Shown here: positions 21,113-30,328 of the stretch, piece after piece
Layout of the letters: each line of letters starts with the position of its first letter
Numbering within the stretch: position 1 is the stretch's first letter
Origin: an uncultured Solirubrobacterales bacterium
GTDB taxonomy: Bacteria; Actinomycetota; Thermoleophilia; Solirubrobacterales; Solirubrobacteraceae
Length of the DNA: 64,000 nucleotides
Direction of reading: 5' to 3'
NCBI GenBank assembly: GCA_963725165.1
Contig: CAVRXK010000007.1
Coordinates: 33,025-97,024 of the forward strand
Program-made: the position numbers and the translations under genes
Notes under the pieces: generated by a model
Told to the model about the DNA's origin: nothing
Databases searched by the model: none
Seen by the model: the letters and a program-made list of their open reading frames with translations, nothing else

Positions 21113-21544
21113 GTGGGGCGCCTCATAGGCAAGCTCCGCCCAAACAACCTTCCCGCCGGGCGTACGCTCGATTCCCCAGCGGGTTGAGAGCGTGTCGATC
21201 AGATCAAGTCCGTGCAGCGGTCGTGGGGTCATCCATCCGTCGCGGCCTGAGGCCGCCGGCGGAACCCCGTCGCAGGCGGCGACGTGCAGGATCGAGTCCT
21301 GCACTCGCAGCGAGATCGAGAACGGAGTGCCGGCGTGAAGCACCACGTTGCTCGCCAACTCGGTGACCACCAACGCGACATCGTCAACCAGCGCCTCCTG
21401 CTCACAGCCCCACTCCTGTAGCGCCGCCACGACAAGCCGACGAGCGCAGCCGGGCGAATCGTGCTCGGCCGGGAACTCGGCTGCCAATTCGACCTGGAGC
21501 GCGTCGCGGCGCCTAGCTCTGATGTCTTGCGTGTCAATCGCCAT
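21080..21544 (-). CDS. ATP-binding protein (HATPase_c_2, anti-sigma-factor-like)
   Basis: ARRLV..W, LVVTELASNVVLHAGT, GLDLID.LSTRWG...GGKVVWAEL. Confidence 0.75.
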   Translation of the reverse strand: MAIDTQDIRARRRDALQVELAAEFPAEHDSPGCARRLVVAALQEWGCEQEALVDDVALVVTELASNVVLHAGTPFSISLRVQDSILHVAACDGVPPAASGRDGWMTPRPLHGLDLIDTLSTRWGIERTPGGKVVWAELAYEAPHVRRFKPRVLA

Positions 21545-21649
21545 TTGCCTGCCTTGAAAGTTCCCGGCCACGTGCCTATACCCGTCTGACATGAGCCTTA
21601 GACATAGTTGACGACAAGCCTGGCACGGGCGGAATGTTAGGGTCGGTGC

Positions 21650-22402
21650 GTGACCGCACGGGTCGACTACGAGCGCCACGGACGCACCTACGCCCAGCAT
21701 CGGCGCCCCGACCCGCGCATCGCCGCGCGCATCGATGCCGCACTCGGAGACGCGCGTACGGTGCTGAACGTCGGCGCCGGAGCCGGCTCCTACGAGCCGC
21801 GCGACCGCTGGGTTCTTGCGGTGGAGCCGAGCGCGACCATGCGAGCCCAGCGCTCCGCGGATGCGGCACCGGCACTCGCCGCACACGCAGAGGCGCTGCC
21901 GTTTGATGATGGCGCGTTTGACGCGGCGATGGCGTGCGTGACGATCCACCACTGGGAGCCGGCCGAGACGGGCCTGGCGGAGCTTCGCCGGGTGTCGCGC
22001 GGACCGGTGGTCGTGTTCACGTTCGAGCTCGAGGCGTTGCCCGCGTGGCAGCACGAATATCTGCGCGAGGGGCTCGTGAAGGAGCTGCCGCGATTCCCGG
22101 CGATCAGCGACATCGAGGCGGCCCTCGGTAGGCACGCGCGCGTGGAGCGAATCCCCACGCCCGGCGATTGTGTGGATGGATTCTTCGAGGCGTTCTGGAG
22201 ACGCCCCGAGGCGCTACTTGACCCGCAGATCCGCAGCGCTCAATCGATGTGGGCGCTGCTGGAGCCCGAGGAAGAGCAGATGATCGTGGAGCGGCTGGCC
22301 GCGGCGCTTGAGTCCGGCGTGTGGGATGCCCAGCATGGGCATCTGCGAGCGCAGCACAGCTTTGACGGTGCGCTGCGCCTGGTGATCTCCGAAGCTCCCT
22401 AA
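21650..22402 (+). CDS. Class I SAM-dependent methyltransferase
   Basis: RRPDPRIAA, VLNVGAGAGSYEP, AEALPF..FDAAMA..TIHHW. Confidence 0.88.
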   Translation: MTARVDYERHGRTYAQHRRPDPRIAARIDAALGDARTVLNVGAGAGSYEPRDRWVLAVEPSATMRAQRSADAAPALAAHAEALPFDDGAFDAAMACVTIHHWEPAETGLAELRRVSRGPVVVFTFELEALPAWQHEYLREGLVKELPRFPAISDIEAALGRHARVERIPTPGDCVDGFFEAFWRRPEALLDPQIRSAQSMWALLEPEEEQMIVERLAAALESGVWDAQHGHLRAQHSFDGALRLVISEAP

Positions 22403-22416
22403 CGTTTGGCGCTTTT

Positions 22417-22488
22417 CCGACCGGCACATGTGCCGGTCGGCGGGACGGTACATGTACCGTCCCGGACATCGCCGCATGCGGCGATGTC
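22417..22488. repeat. Array of three abutting perfect 24-bp palindromes centred on CATG
   Basis: ccgaccggcaCATGtgccggtcgg | cgggacggtaCATGtaccgtcccg | gacatcgccgCATGcggcgatgtc. Confidence 0.95.
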
Positions 22489-22511
22489 TTCCCCGAAATT
22501 GAATTGGAGAG

Positions 22512-22826
22512 TCAGCTCGCGGCGGCCGATATAGGCGCGGGATTGGACTCTGCCCAACCCACGATCGCGCCCGAGCCGGCGATCACGCTGCCGTCATCGA
22601 GCACGAGGATCGGTACCGCCCGCTGTCCGCTCAGCTGCTCCACCTCGGCGCGATCGCGAGCGCGGCTGGGCAACGTCCAAAGCATCATGCCCCCGCCCTT
22701 GACGGACTTGCGCTCATACACATGACCGGCATCGTCGAGCGCCTTGGCGGCCCTTCCGCACGGATGCGCTATCGGTGCCGGCAAGCCGCCGAACGACGTG
22801 CCGAACGGACACACATACAGGACCAT
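22512..22826 (-). CDS. Glutaredoxin/GST N-terminal-domain protein
   Basis: LYVC...HPCGRAAKALDDAG...LSGQRAVPILVLDDG..IAGSGAI. Confidence 0.75.
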   Translation of the reverse strand: MVLYVCPFGTSFGGLPAPIAHPCGRAAKALDDAGHVYERKSVKGGGMMLWTLPSRARDRAEVEQLSGQRAVPILVLDDGSVIAGSGAIVGWAESNPAPISAAAS

Positions 22827-22964
22827 GGAGACATGTTATGCGACGTGACAAGCAGGCGAGGGGCAGAGTGTGGGAATAACCAGCGAGATGAGATGAGCGA
22901 CAAGCCGGTTTGAGACTCCCGCGACCTGACAGCCCGACTCAGAACCTGCCTCAGATATTTGCTC

Positions 22965-23819
22965 CTACCCGGTCGTGCGCCAGCGGTAGGCGCGCAGCGT
23001 CGCCGGCACCACGACGGCGAGCAGTGCCAGACACCAGAGCACCGAGGAGAGCACCGGATGCTGCAGCGGCCATGCGGCGGTGTTTGGAATTGCCGTGGGG
23101 TTGCCGAACAGCGTGCGGATCGCGGCCGCCCAGCAGCTGATCGGGTTGTATTCGGCGAATTGGCGCAAGCCGGTCGGCAGACCGGCGACCGGGACGAAGG
23201 TTGAGGCGATGAACGTGAGCGGGAAGACGATCAGGAAGGCGATGCCCGTGACCACGTCGGGCGAGCGGGCGACGATCCCCACGAGCGTGCCGACCCACAG
23301 CATCGTCACCGCGAGCAGCGCGAGGATCGCAAAGGCCGCGAGCGCGTCTGGGGCGCTGCCCTGGATGCGCCAGCCGACGATCAAGCCGCTGATGACCATC
23401 ACGGCGATGGCGAGCACCGAGGCAGCCAGCTCCGCCGCCAGATGGCCAAGCAGGAAGGCCGAGCGGTGCATCGGCAGCGAGCGGAAACGGTCGAGGATGC
23501 CTTCGCCAAGGTCGGTCGCCATCGAGGTCGCCGGCCCGATGATGCCGAACGTGAGCGTCTGCACGAGGATGCCCCCGATCAGATAGTCGCGATAGTTGCC
23601 GCCGGGGACGGCGATCACGCCGCCAAAGACGAAAGCGAACAGCAGCACGAACATCAGCGGCTGGACGGTCACGTCGATCAGCTTCTCGGGGATCTGGCGG
23701 ATGTGGGAGAGGCTGCGCCTGGCGATTACGAGGCTGTCGGCCGCCAGCTGGCGCAGCGGCATGGACGACTGCTGAAGGATCGGTTGCTGCTGAAGGATGG
23801 GCTGCTGGACTGAGCTCAT
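22965..23819 (-). CDS. ABC-2 exporter permease (DrrB-like)
   Basis: QPLMFVLLFAFVFGG, DRFRSLPM, FAEYNPIS. Confidence 0.9.
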   Translation of the reverse strand: MSSVQQPILQQQPILQQSSMPLRQLAADSLVIARRSLSHIRQIPEKLIDVTVQPLMFVLLFAFVFGGVIAVPGGNYRDYLIGGILVQTLTFGIIGPATSMATDLGEGILDRFRSLPMHRSAFLLGHLAAELAASVLAIAVMVISGLIVGWRIQGSAPDALAAFAILALLAVTMLWVGTLVGIVARSPDVVTGIAFLIVFPLTFIASTFVPVAGLPTGLRQFAEYNPISCWAAAIRTLFGNPTAIPNTAAWPLQHPVLSSVLWCLALLAVVVPATLRAYRWRTTG

Positions 23820-24786
23820 GAAGCGAGTGCCTCCTGTGCTTGGGGAGAATGGGTGATGGATAGAAAGACATCGTCGAGCGTGGCCTCGCGACGGTGCACG
23901 TCCTTGGCATCGACGCCGGCTTCATCGAGCGCGCGCACGACCTCGATCAGGCGCGTGTCGGTGCGCACTGGAACGGTGAGCAGCAACTGCTGCGCATCGG
24001 AGGAGCAGGCCCCGTCGGCAAACGACTCGAGCGCCGCTTGTGCCGGGCCAAGCTGATCCGCGTCAGCGACGGCGACCTCGATGCGCTCGCCCCCGTAGCG
24101 CGCCTTCAACTCCGCGGGGGTGCCTTTCGCCGTGATGCGCCCATGCTCGAGCAACACGATGTCATCGCTGAGACGGTCGGCCTCCTCCAGATACTGGGTG
24201 GTCAGGAGCAGCGTCGCCCCCTCCCCCACCAGCTCGCGCAGCAGCTCCCACAGCTCGTTGCGGCTCTCGGGGTCGAGGCCGGTGGTGGGCTCGTCCAGGA
24301 ACAGCACGGGTGGAGCGGCGACAAGGCTGGCGGCGAGGTCGAGCCGACGCCGCATGCCGCCGGAGAAGTCGCGCACGAGCTGGTCGCCCGTGTCGGCGAG
24401 GCGCAGCCGCTCGAGCAGCTCAGTTGCTCTCGTGCGGGCAAGCGCGCGCGGGAGGTGGTAGAGGCGGCCGATCATCTCGAGGTTGGCGTGGGCGCTCATC
24501 AGCCCATCCACGGTGGCGGTCTGACTGGCCAAGCCGATGCGCCGGCGCACCTCGCCGGGCTGGGTGAGCACGTCGAAGCCGGCGACGGTGGCGCTGCCCG
24601 CGGTGGGCAGCGCGAGCGTCGTGAGAATGCGGATCGCGGTTGTCTTGCCGGCGCCGTTGTGGCCGAGCAGACCCAGCACCGTGCCGGCGGGGACCTCGAG
24701 CTCGAAGTCGCGCAGCGCCCATTGCTCGCCGTAGAGCTTGCCGAGGCCGTGGGCGACAATTGCCGATGAAGAAGTTATCTGGTCAT
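23816..24786 (-). CDS. ABC exporter ATP-binding subunit (DrrA-like)
   Basis: GHNGAGKTT, FSGGMRRRLDLA, FLDEPTTGLDP, TLDDVF. Start approximate. Confidence 0.9.
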
Positions 24787-24789
24787 TTA

Positions 24790-24845
24790 GTACCTCGTAC
24801 GTTGATCTCGTACATCGTACGTACAAGACTAGCAGTACGCTGTAC
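24790..24845. promoter_or_regulatory. Three GTAC-N3-GTAC boxes, candidate TetR operators
   Basis: GTACCTCGTAC at 24790, GTACATCGTAC at 24810 and GTACGCTGTAC at 24835, between divergent drrA-like and tetR genes. Confidence 0.6.
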
Positions 24846-24848
24846 TAG

Positions 24849-25616
24849 ATGTCGTCACCCTCTCAATCCGACAAGTCCCCCGCCCTGATCTGGCTGCGGG
24901 AGGAGCCGGGAACACGCCGTCCAAGCCACTCGCGCGCGCAGATCGCGCAGGCCGCGGTGCGGATCGCGGACACCGAGGGCTTCGACGCCGTGTCGATGCG
25001 CAGAGTCGCCCAAGAGCTGGGCGCCGGGACGATGACGCTCTACCACTACGTGCGCAACAAGGACGAGCTGGTGATGCTGATGAACGACACGGTCATGGGC
25101 GAGGTGCTCGTGCCAGACGGGGAGCTGCCGAGCGGGTGGCGCGAGGCGATCACAACCATCGCCAGCCGTTCCCGCGCCGCCTTCGAGCGCCACCGCTGGA
25201 CCCTGGACCGGGTGACCGACATATCGATCGGGCCAAACGGGATCAAGCACTTCGAGCAGTCGCTGGAGGCGGTGCAGGACACCGGACTTCCCGCCGAGAA
25301 GCGACTGGGCCTGATCAGCCTCGTGGACGAGTACGTGTTCGGCTACAGCCTGCGCGAGACGATCGACTTCGGCGGCGAGGCCAGCGACGAGCAGTGGCCC
25401 CTGGGCACGCTAGAGCTGTTCGAGCGCGAGCTGCAGAGCGGCGCCTACCCCCGCATCGGCTCGCTGATGGCTGATGAGCTGCACACCGACAGCGTCGCCG
25501 AGGGCACGCGCCGCGTGATGCAGATCATCTCCCAGCCCGAGCGCTTCGAGGAGGGCCTGCGCCAGCTCTTGGACGGGATCGAGGCCGGGATGAGCAGCGC
25601 ACCCGAGAGCGACTAG
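24849..25616 (+). CDS. TetR/AcrR-family regulator
   Basis: IADTEGFDAVSMRRVAQELGAGTMTLYHYVRNKDEL. Confidence 0.92.
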   Translation: MSSPSQSDKSPALIWLREEPGTRRPSHSRAQIAQAAVRIADTEGFDAVSMRRVAQELGAGTMTLYHYVRNKDELVMLMNDTVMGEVLVPDGELPSGWREAITTIASRSRAAFERHRWTLDRVTDISIGPNGIKHFEQSLEAVQDTGLPAEKRLGLISLVDEYVFGYSLRETIDFGGEASDEQWPLGTLELFERELQSGAYPRIGSLMADELHTDSVAEGTRRVMQIISQPERFEEGLRQLLDGIEAGMSSAPESD

Positions 25617-25659
25617 TCGCACACCGCCCAGCTCTCGGGGCAGCCAGCACCAGCGAGAA

Positions 25660-25773
25660 CGACCCTGCACGCATCGCCGCCGATGTGGGCTTCGTCGACC
25701 AGAGTCACCTGTGCCGCGTGATCAGTCAGGAGACGGGGTGCACCCCGCCGCGCTGCGCCGACCCTTGACCTAA
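25660..25773 (+). pseudogene. AraC-family HTH C-terminal remnant
   Basis: Reads IAADVGFVDQSHLCRVISQETGCTP, the AraC second-HTH signature, with no upstream coding part. Confidence 0.55.
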
Positions 25774-25863
25774 GCTTCCGTCAACGTTCTCACACTTCTG
25801 CCGCCGAGCGAGCAGTGGCTTGCCGAACGACCGAACGACCTTGAATGGAGTCAGTGATCGCCC

Positions 25864-28800
25864 GTGAGTCACCGCCCGCTTTCCACCATCGGTATACCCG
25901 CCATCGCCTCCTTCCCCGAGACTCCCCGGACGGGTGTCTTGCCCCCAACCGGAACGCACTACCGCCATCAACGGCTGTCATGGACGATGCTGGCGATCTT
26001 GGTACTGGTCGCCGGCGCTGTGTGCGGTGCAGTCGCGGGAGCGCCAGGACATGCGCGCCCGGAGATCGCCGCCCCACAGAGCCGGCAGGGGTCGTTGCCG
26101 GCAGACGCGGCACTGGCCATATCGCGAGGACTTGGGAACGATCTCCCCACATATAGACTCGCACCGTCGTCGGGTGGCTTCGTTGCGCACAACGCGCGGC
26201 AGGGACTGACAGCGAGCTTTGGCGCCCGTGGCGCCACGATCGGCACGCGCGACGGAGCGAAGGTGAGCATCGCACTGCAAGCGATTGGGTTTGGTGATGC
26301 GCTACATCCGGTCAGCTCTGCTCGGCCGCTCGCCCGAGCCAACCACGTTGAGTATCGGCGCGACGGGACAACCGAATGGTTTGCCAACGGGCCTGCCGGA
26401 ATCGAGCAGGGCTTTACCATTTCCAGCCGGCCCGCCGGCGCCAAGACCGGCATGCTGACACTTACACTCGGACTAACAGGCACGCTCACGGCGCGAAGCG
26501 GGACGAAGAGTGGTCTTGTACTCGTCGGTGCCGACGGCAAAGCGGTTCTGCGCTACGGCGACCTGAGCGTCACAGACGCACGCGGTCGGACACTGCCCGC
26601 ACACATGACCGTCGAGGATGGACGCGTATCGATCAGCCTGGATGCCCGCGGGGCACACTACCCGCTGACGGTCGATCCGCTCCTCAAACAGATCGGCGAA
26701 CTCTACGAGTCCGCGGGTGCAGCGGAAGATATGTTCGGGGCCGCGATTGCGGCCTCGGGTAGCACGGTGGTGGTCGGTGAGACCCTGACCGAAGTCGGCG
26801 GGCACTACCGGGCCGGAGCGGCATACGTTTTTACAGAGGGTGCCGGTGGATGGGCAAGCGCGACTCAGGTCGGCAAGCTGGTTGCGTCCAACCCAGAAAG
26901 CGAAGAGAGCTTCGGCGGGGCGGTGGCGATTTCCGGCAAAACTATCGTCGTGGGCGCCCCCGGTCGCAAAAGCGGCTCTGGCGTCGACGCCGGCGGCGCC
27001 TATGTCTACACCGAACCCGCGAAAGGCTGGGGCGAAACATCCGAACAGACGCAAGCCGCCGAGTTCATTAACTCCGAAGACGTGGCGGAGTACGAGTTCG
27101 GCTTGTCGGTCGCGATCTCCGGCGAAACTATCATTGTGGGCACACCCCGCTATCGCAACTATGAACACAGCGTCACGCCCGGAGCTGACGGTGCTGTGTT
27201 CCTCTTTCAGGAGCCTGCGGGAGGCTGGGCGCACGAGCCGAACGCCCTGGAAACCCAGTCCGCAACGCTTGTTCCGCACGAATCCGAAGTTGAAGAAGAC
27301 GGCAACTTTGGCTACTCCGTGGCGATCGGTTCGAGCGGCGGCGAACAGATTATCGTCGTCGGGGCGCCGGGTGAGCCGGTGGGAAGCGAACCGAGCAAGT
27401 ACAGACGCGGCATCGTCTTCATCTTCACAGAGCCGGTGGGCGGATGGGTCCAGAGTGGCCCGCGCTATCCCCAGGTGCAACTGACGGCCTCAGATGCCAC
27501 CGAGTTCGCGAGCCTCGGTCAGTCGGTTTCGATGTCCGGAGGAGTCATTGCCGCCGCTGCGTCGCGGGCGACGGTTGGCGGCGTGGAAACCGGAGCCACC
27601 TACGTGTTCACGCCACCCGCCGGCGGCTGGGCCACAGAGACAGAACAGACCCAGGCCGCCAAGCTGACCGCCACAGGCGCAACGGAAGCCTTCGGTTACG
27701 AAGGATCGGTTGCCATTGAAGGCGACACCATCGTGTCTGGCGCCCAAGGCAAGAACGCCTACCTGTTTGCGATGCCCTCGTCGGGTTGGAGCGGCGAAAT
27801 ACATCAAAGCGCCGAATTCGCCGCGAAAATCTGGGCGGTTGGTCTCTCGGGCGGAGACGCACTGATGGGAGCGCTCACGGCCAAGCCCCCCAGCGGTACA
27901 GGCGCCATCAATCAGGGCGCCGTTGACATCGTCCCGTTCGCGCCGTTGGTAAGTACCGGCGCGGCATCTGCCTCAGAACTAGCAGCGACGGTCGTAGGCA
28001 CCGTCAACCCCGACCAGACGACGCTCTCCTCGTGCCACTTCCAGTACGGGACCATCTCCTCATACGGCCAGGAAGTCCCCTGCTCATCCTTCCCTACCGT
28101 GGGCGCGACCTCGTCACCCGTGAGCGCCGAACTCCCGGGCCTGACACCTGACACCACCTATCACTACCGGATCTTGGCGACCAACGAAGTCGACACGAGC
28201 TACGGCGAAGACAAAACGTTCACGACGGCGTCCGCCACTGGCAAAGGTCCAGAATCGACGACTCCGACCACAACCACACCGACGACCACTACGGCGACAA
28301 CGACCTCGCCTACGACACCCCCGATCGTCGGTCCCACCCTCGCGCCCCAACCATCTCCAGTCCTAGCCTGCACCACAGCCCAGGTAGCCCTGATCAACGT
28401 GGTGCAGCAAGGCTCACATGTGCTGATCACGGGCGCCGCGCGCCTGGTACTCGCCGGCAAGCGCGTGAGCATCAAGTTCCTGGCAACCCACAAGGTCGTG
28501 GCTACCGCGACGATCGCCGCGAACGGGACATTCAGCGCAACCGCGTCGCTGCCGCCGGCGAAGATCCGCGAAACCAACCTCGCGCGCTATGAAGCGGTTG
28601 TGGGCTCGCTGCACTCGCTCAACCTGAAGCTCGACCGTCGCATGTACATGACGAGCGCCACGCGCTCGGGTGCGCACGTGCTGCTATCGGGCTACGTGAC
28701 GGGCAGCTTCAAGCCCGGCGCGGTGGTGAAGATCCTGCTGCGGGTGACGTGCTCGACGGAAAAGGTGATCGCGAAGGTGAAGCTCATCGGCTCCGGCAGG

Positions 28801-28929
28801 TTCAGCGCCACCGTACCTGCACCGACGGGAGCGGCGAGTCAGATCGCGGTGTACCGGGCGACGACGACCGTGTTGAAGGACGGGCATCCTGAGACCACCT
28901 TCACGCTGCCCACGCCACCGAGCACGTGA
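25864..28929 (+). CDS. Large secreted FG-GAP-repeat (beta-propeller) protein with Fn3-like domain and Thr-rich linker
   Basis: Repeated FG.[AS]VAISG.TIVVGAP...GAAYVF units, HYPLTVDP, ELPGLTPDTTYHYRI, TTPTTTT linker and hydrophobic N-terminal segment. Confidence 0.85.
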   Translation: MSHRPLSTIGIPAIASFPETPRTGVLPPTGTHYRHQRLSWTMLAILVLVAGAVCGAVAGAPGHARPEIAAPQSRQGSLPADAALAISRGLGNDLPTYRLAPSSGGFVAHNARQGLTASFGARGATIGTRDGAKVSIALQAIGFGDALHPVSSARPLARANHVEYRRDGTTEWFANGPAGIEQGFTISSRPAGAKTGMLTLTLGLTGTLTARSGTKSGLVLVGADGKAVLRYGDLSVTDARGRTLPAHMTVEDGRVSISLDARGAHYPLTVDPLLKQIGELYESAGAAEDMFGAAIAASGSTVVVGETLTEVGGHYRAGAAYVFTEGAGGWASATQVGKLVASNPESEESFGGAVAISGKTIVVGAPGRKSGSGVDAGGAYVYTEPAKGWGETSEQTQAAEFINSEDVAEYEFGLSVAISGETIIVGTPRYRNYEHSVTPGADGAVFLFQEPAGGWAHEPNALETQSATLVPHESEVEEDGNFGYSVAIGSSGGEQIIVVGAPGEPVGSEPSKYRRGIVFIFTEPVGGWVQSGPRYPQVQLTASDATEFASLGQSVSMSGGVIAAAASRATVGGVETGATYVFTPPAGGWATETEQTQAAKLTATGATEAFGYEGSVAIEGDTIVSGAQGKNAYLFAMPSSGWSGEIHQSAEFAAKIWAVGLSGGDALMGALTAKPPSGTGAINQGAVDIVPFAPLVSTGAASASELAATVVGTVNPDQTTLSSCHFQYGTISSYGQEVPCSSFPTVGATSSPVSAELPGLTPDTTYHYRILATNEVDTSYGEDKTFTTASATGKGPESTTPTTTTPTTTTATTTSPTTPPIVGPTLAPQPSPVLACTTAQVALINVVQQGSHVLITGAARLVLAGKRVSIKFLATHKVVATATIAANGTFSATASLPPAKIRETNLARYEAVVGSLHSLNLKLDRRMYMTSATRSGAHVLLSGYVTGSFKPGAVVKILLRVTCSTEKVIAKVKLIGSGRFSATVPAPTGAASQIAVYRATTTVLKDGHPETTFTLPTPPST

Positions 28930-28945
28930 ATGGGAGCGAATAGCC

Positions 28946-29617
28946 TCAGCCGGTGAGCCCGGCGATGCCGTTGCGCATCAGCACAGCGGCCAGCAGGATC
29001 ATGATCACGGCGGCGATCGTTCTCGCGTGGAGCTCGAGCCAGCCACGCGCCTCCATGAGCGCCCGCTGAGTGGGCTGCCGCGCAACCACAAGCATCACCA
29101 GCGCAAGCAATAGCGGCAACAACGATACGAGCGCGAACGCGACCCACTCGAGAATGTATTGGCCGGCGCTGGGGTTGGTCTCGGAGATGTCCTTCAGCGC
29201 CAACGGGATGAATGCCCCGGGATTGGCAAGTGTGGCTCCGGCGGCGACGATCGCGATTATGGGCGAGGAGGCGACCTTGCCCATCTGCTCGATCATGCTC
29301 GCCACTCGCTTTGGGTTGCGGGGACGCCGCAGGAAGCGAACGACGAAGAACAGGACCACCACGCTCGCGAGGACATCCACGATCGCCACCCACGTCTTCG
29401 GCGTATCGGGTTTTGGGGAAGCAACGGTGTTGCCGAGGACAAACGCGGCGATCACCCCGATGACGAGGGTTATGCCAAACGCGCCGAGGAAGAACCACCA
29501 GCCGGTGCGCATCGGCCGCTCGCCCACAACGAGTGCGAGCACCGACAAGAACAAGGTCGTGGGTGAGAGCATCGCGGCGAGCCCGACCAGCACGACCTCG
29601 GTATCGATCGAGCTCAT
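28946..29617 (-). CDS. GAP/Sap-family membrane protein
   Basis: Six TM segments, AMLSP, LANP, RGWLELHARTI. Confidence 0.7.
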   Translation of the reverse strand: MSSIDTEVVLVGLAAMLSPTTLFLSVLALVVGERPMRTGWWFFLGAFGITLVIGVIAAFVLGNTVASPKPDTPKTWVAIVDVLASVVVLFFVVRFLRRPRNPKRVASMIEQMGKVASSPIIAIVAAGATLANPGAFIPLALKDISETNPSAGQYILEWVAFALVSLLPLLLALVMLVVARQPTQRALMEARGWLELHARTIAAVIMILLAAVLMRNGIAGLTG

Positions 29618-29737
29618 CCACAGAGCCTATGGGTCGGTGTAGCCAGTGACAACCCGTCGGGTGTGAGTGTTCGAACTCGTATCTCAAAGCCACCGGTCCC
29701 GCCACACCGGCTTGAACGAGCAGGTGCCGCTTTCCGC

Positions 29738-30217
29738 TTACGTTGAGACGGAGCCGACCGCGGTACCCCCACGATCGATGTGGACATCCGGCTCGGCGGC
29801 TCGCAACGCACGCGTGAGCAGCCGCCAGAGCGTCGCGCGTTCCTCCGCGTCGAGCGCCTCGAGGACCTCATCCTCGATCGTCTCCTGCGCACGCTCGGCG
29901 CTGACCAGCGCGCGGCGTCCCTGCTCTGTCAGCTCAACGCGATGGCGGCGACGGTCCTCGGGGTCGCGCCGACGGGCCACATGGCCCAAGTCCTCCAGCT
30001 CGTTGAGGAGCAAGACGACGTTGTTGGCGTCCATGCAGAGCGCCTCGGCTAGCTCCTGCTGGGGTGCGCCGTCGTGGTCGCGCAGGTAGCTGAGCGCCAT
30101 CACGAGGCGCATGTGGATGCCAAGCAGCTCCTCGGTGCTGCGCCGGTAGACCTGCTTGGCCAGGCGCGTTAGCAACACCATCGAGCCTAGATCGGCTGTG
30201 TGATTGTGGTCGCCCAT
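29738..30217 (-). CDS. MarR-family regulator
   Basis: QQELAEALCMDANNVVLLLNELE...RRRDPEDRRRHRVELT. Confidence 0.9.
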   Translation of the reverse strand: MGDHNHTADLGSMVLLTRLAKQVYRRSTEELLGIHMRLVMALSYLRDHDGAPQQELAEALCMDANNVVLLLNELEDLGHVARRRDPEDRRRHRVELTEQGRRALVSAERAQETIEDEVLEALDAEERATLWRLLTRALRAAEPDVHIDRGGTAVGSVST

Positions 30218-30256
30218 AACGAGCCGATTATACCACGAAGTAGCAATGATCACTGA

Positions 30257-30276
30257 TAACAAGATGATACTTGTTA
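30257..30276. promoter_or_regulatory. Candidate MarR operator TAACAAG-N6-CTTGTTA
   Basis: AT-rich palindrome between divergent marR and MFS genes. Confidence 0.5.
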
Positions 30277-30328
30277 GATGGATTATCCCTGCTATGTTGT
30301 TCCCCTGATCCAGACAGGAAGGAGCAAC

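Noticed and set aside
23770-23810. QQPILQ tandem repeat at the permease N-terminus
   Set aside because: A simple two-copy 18-bp slippage duplication with no wider pattern.
25726-25863. Possible riboswitch upstream of the FG-GAP gene
   Set aside because: No recognisable riboswitch consensus, and part of the region is explained by the AraC remnant.
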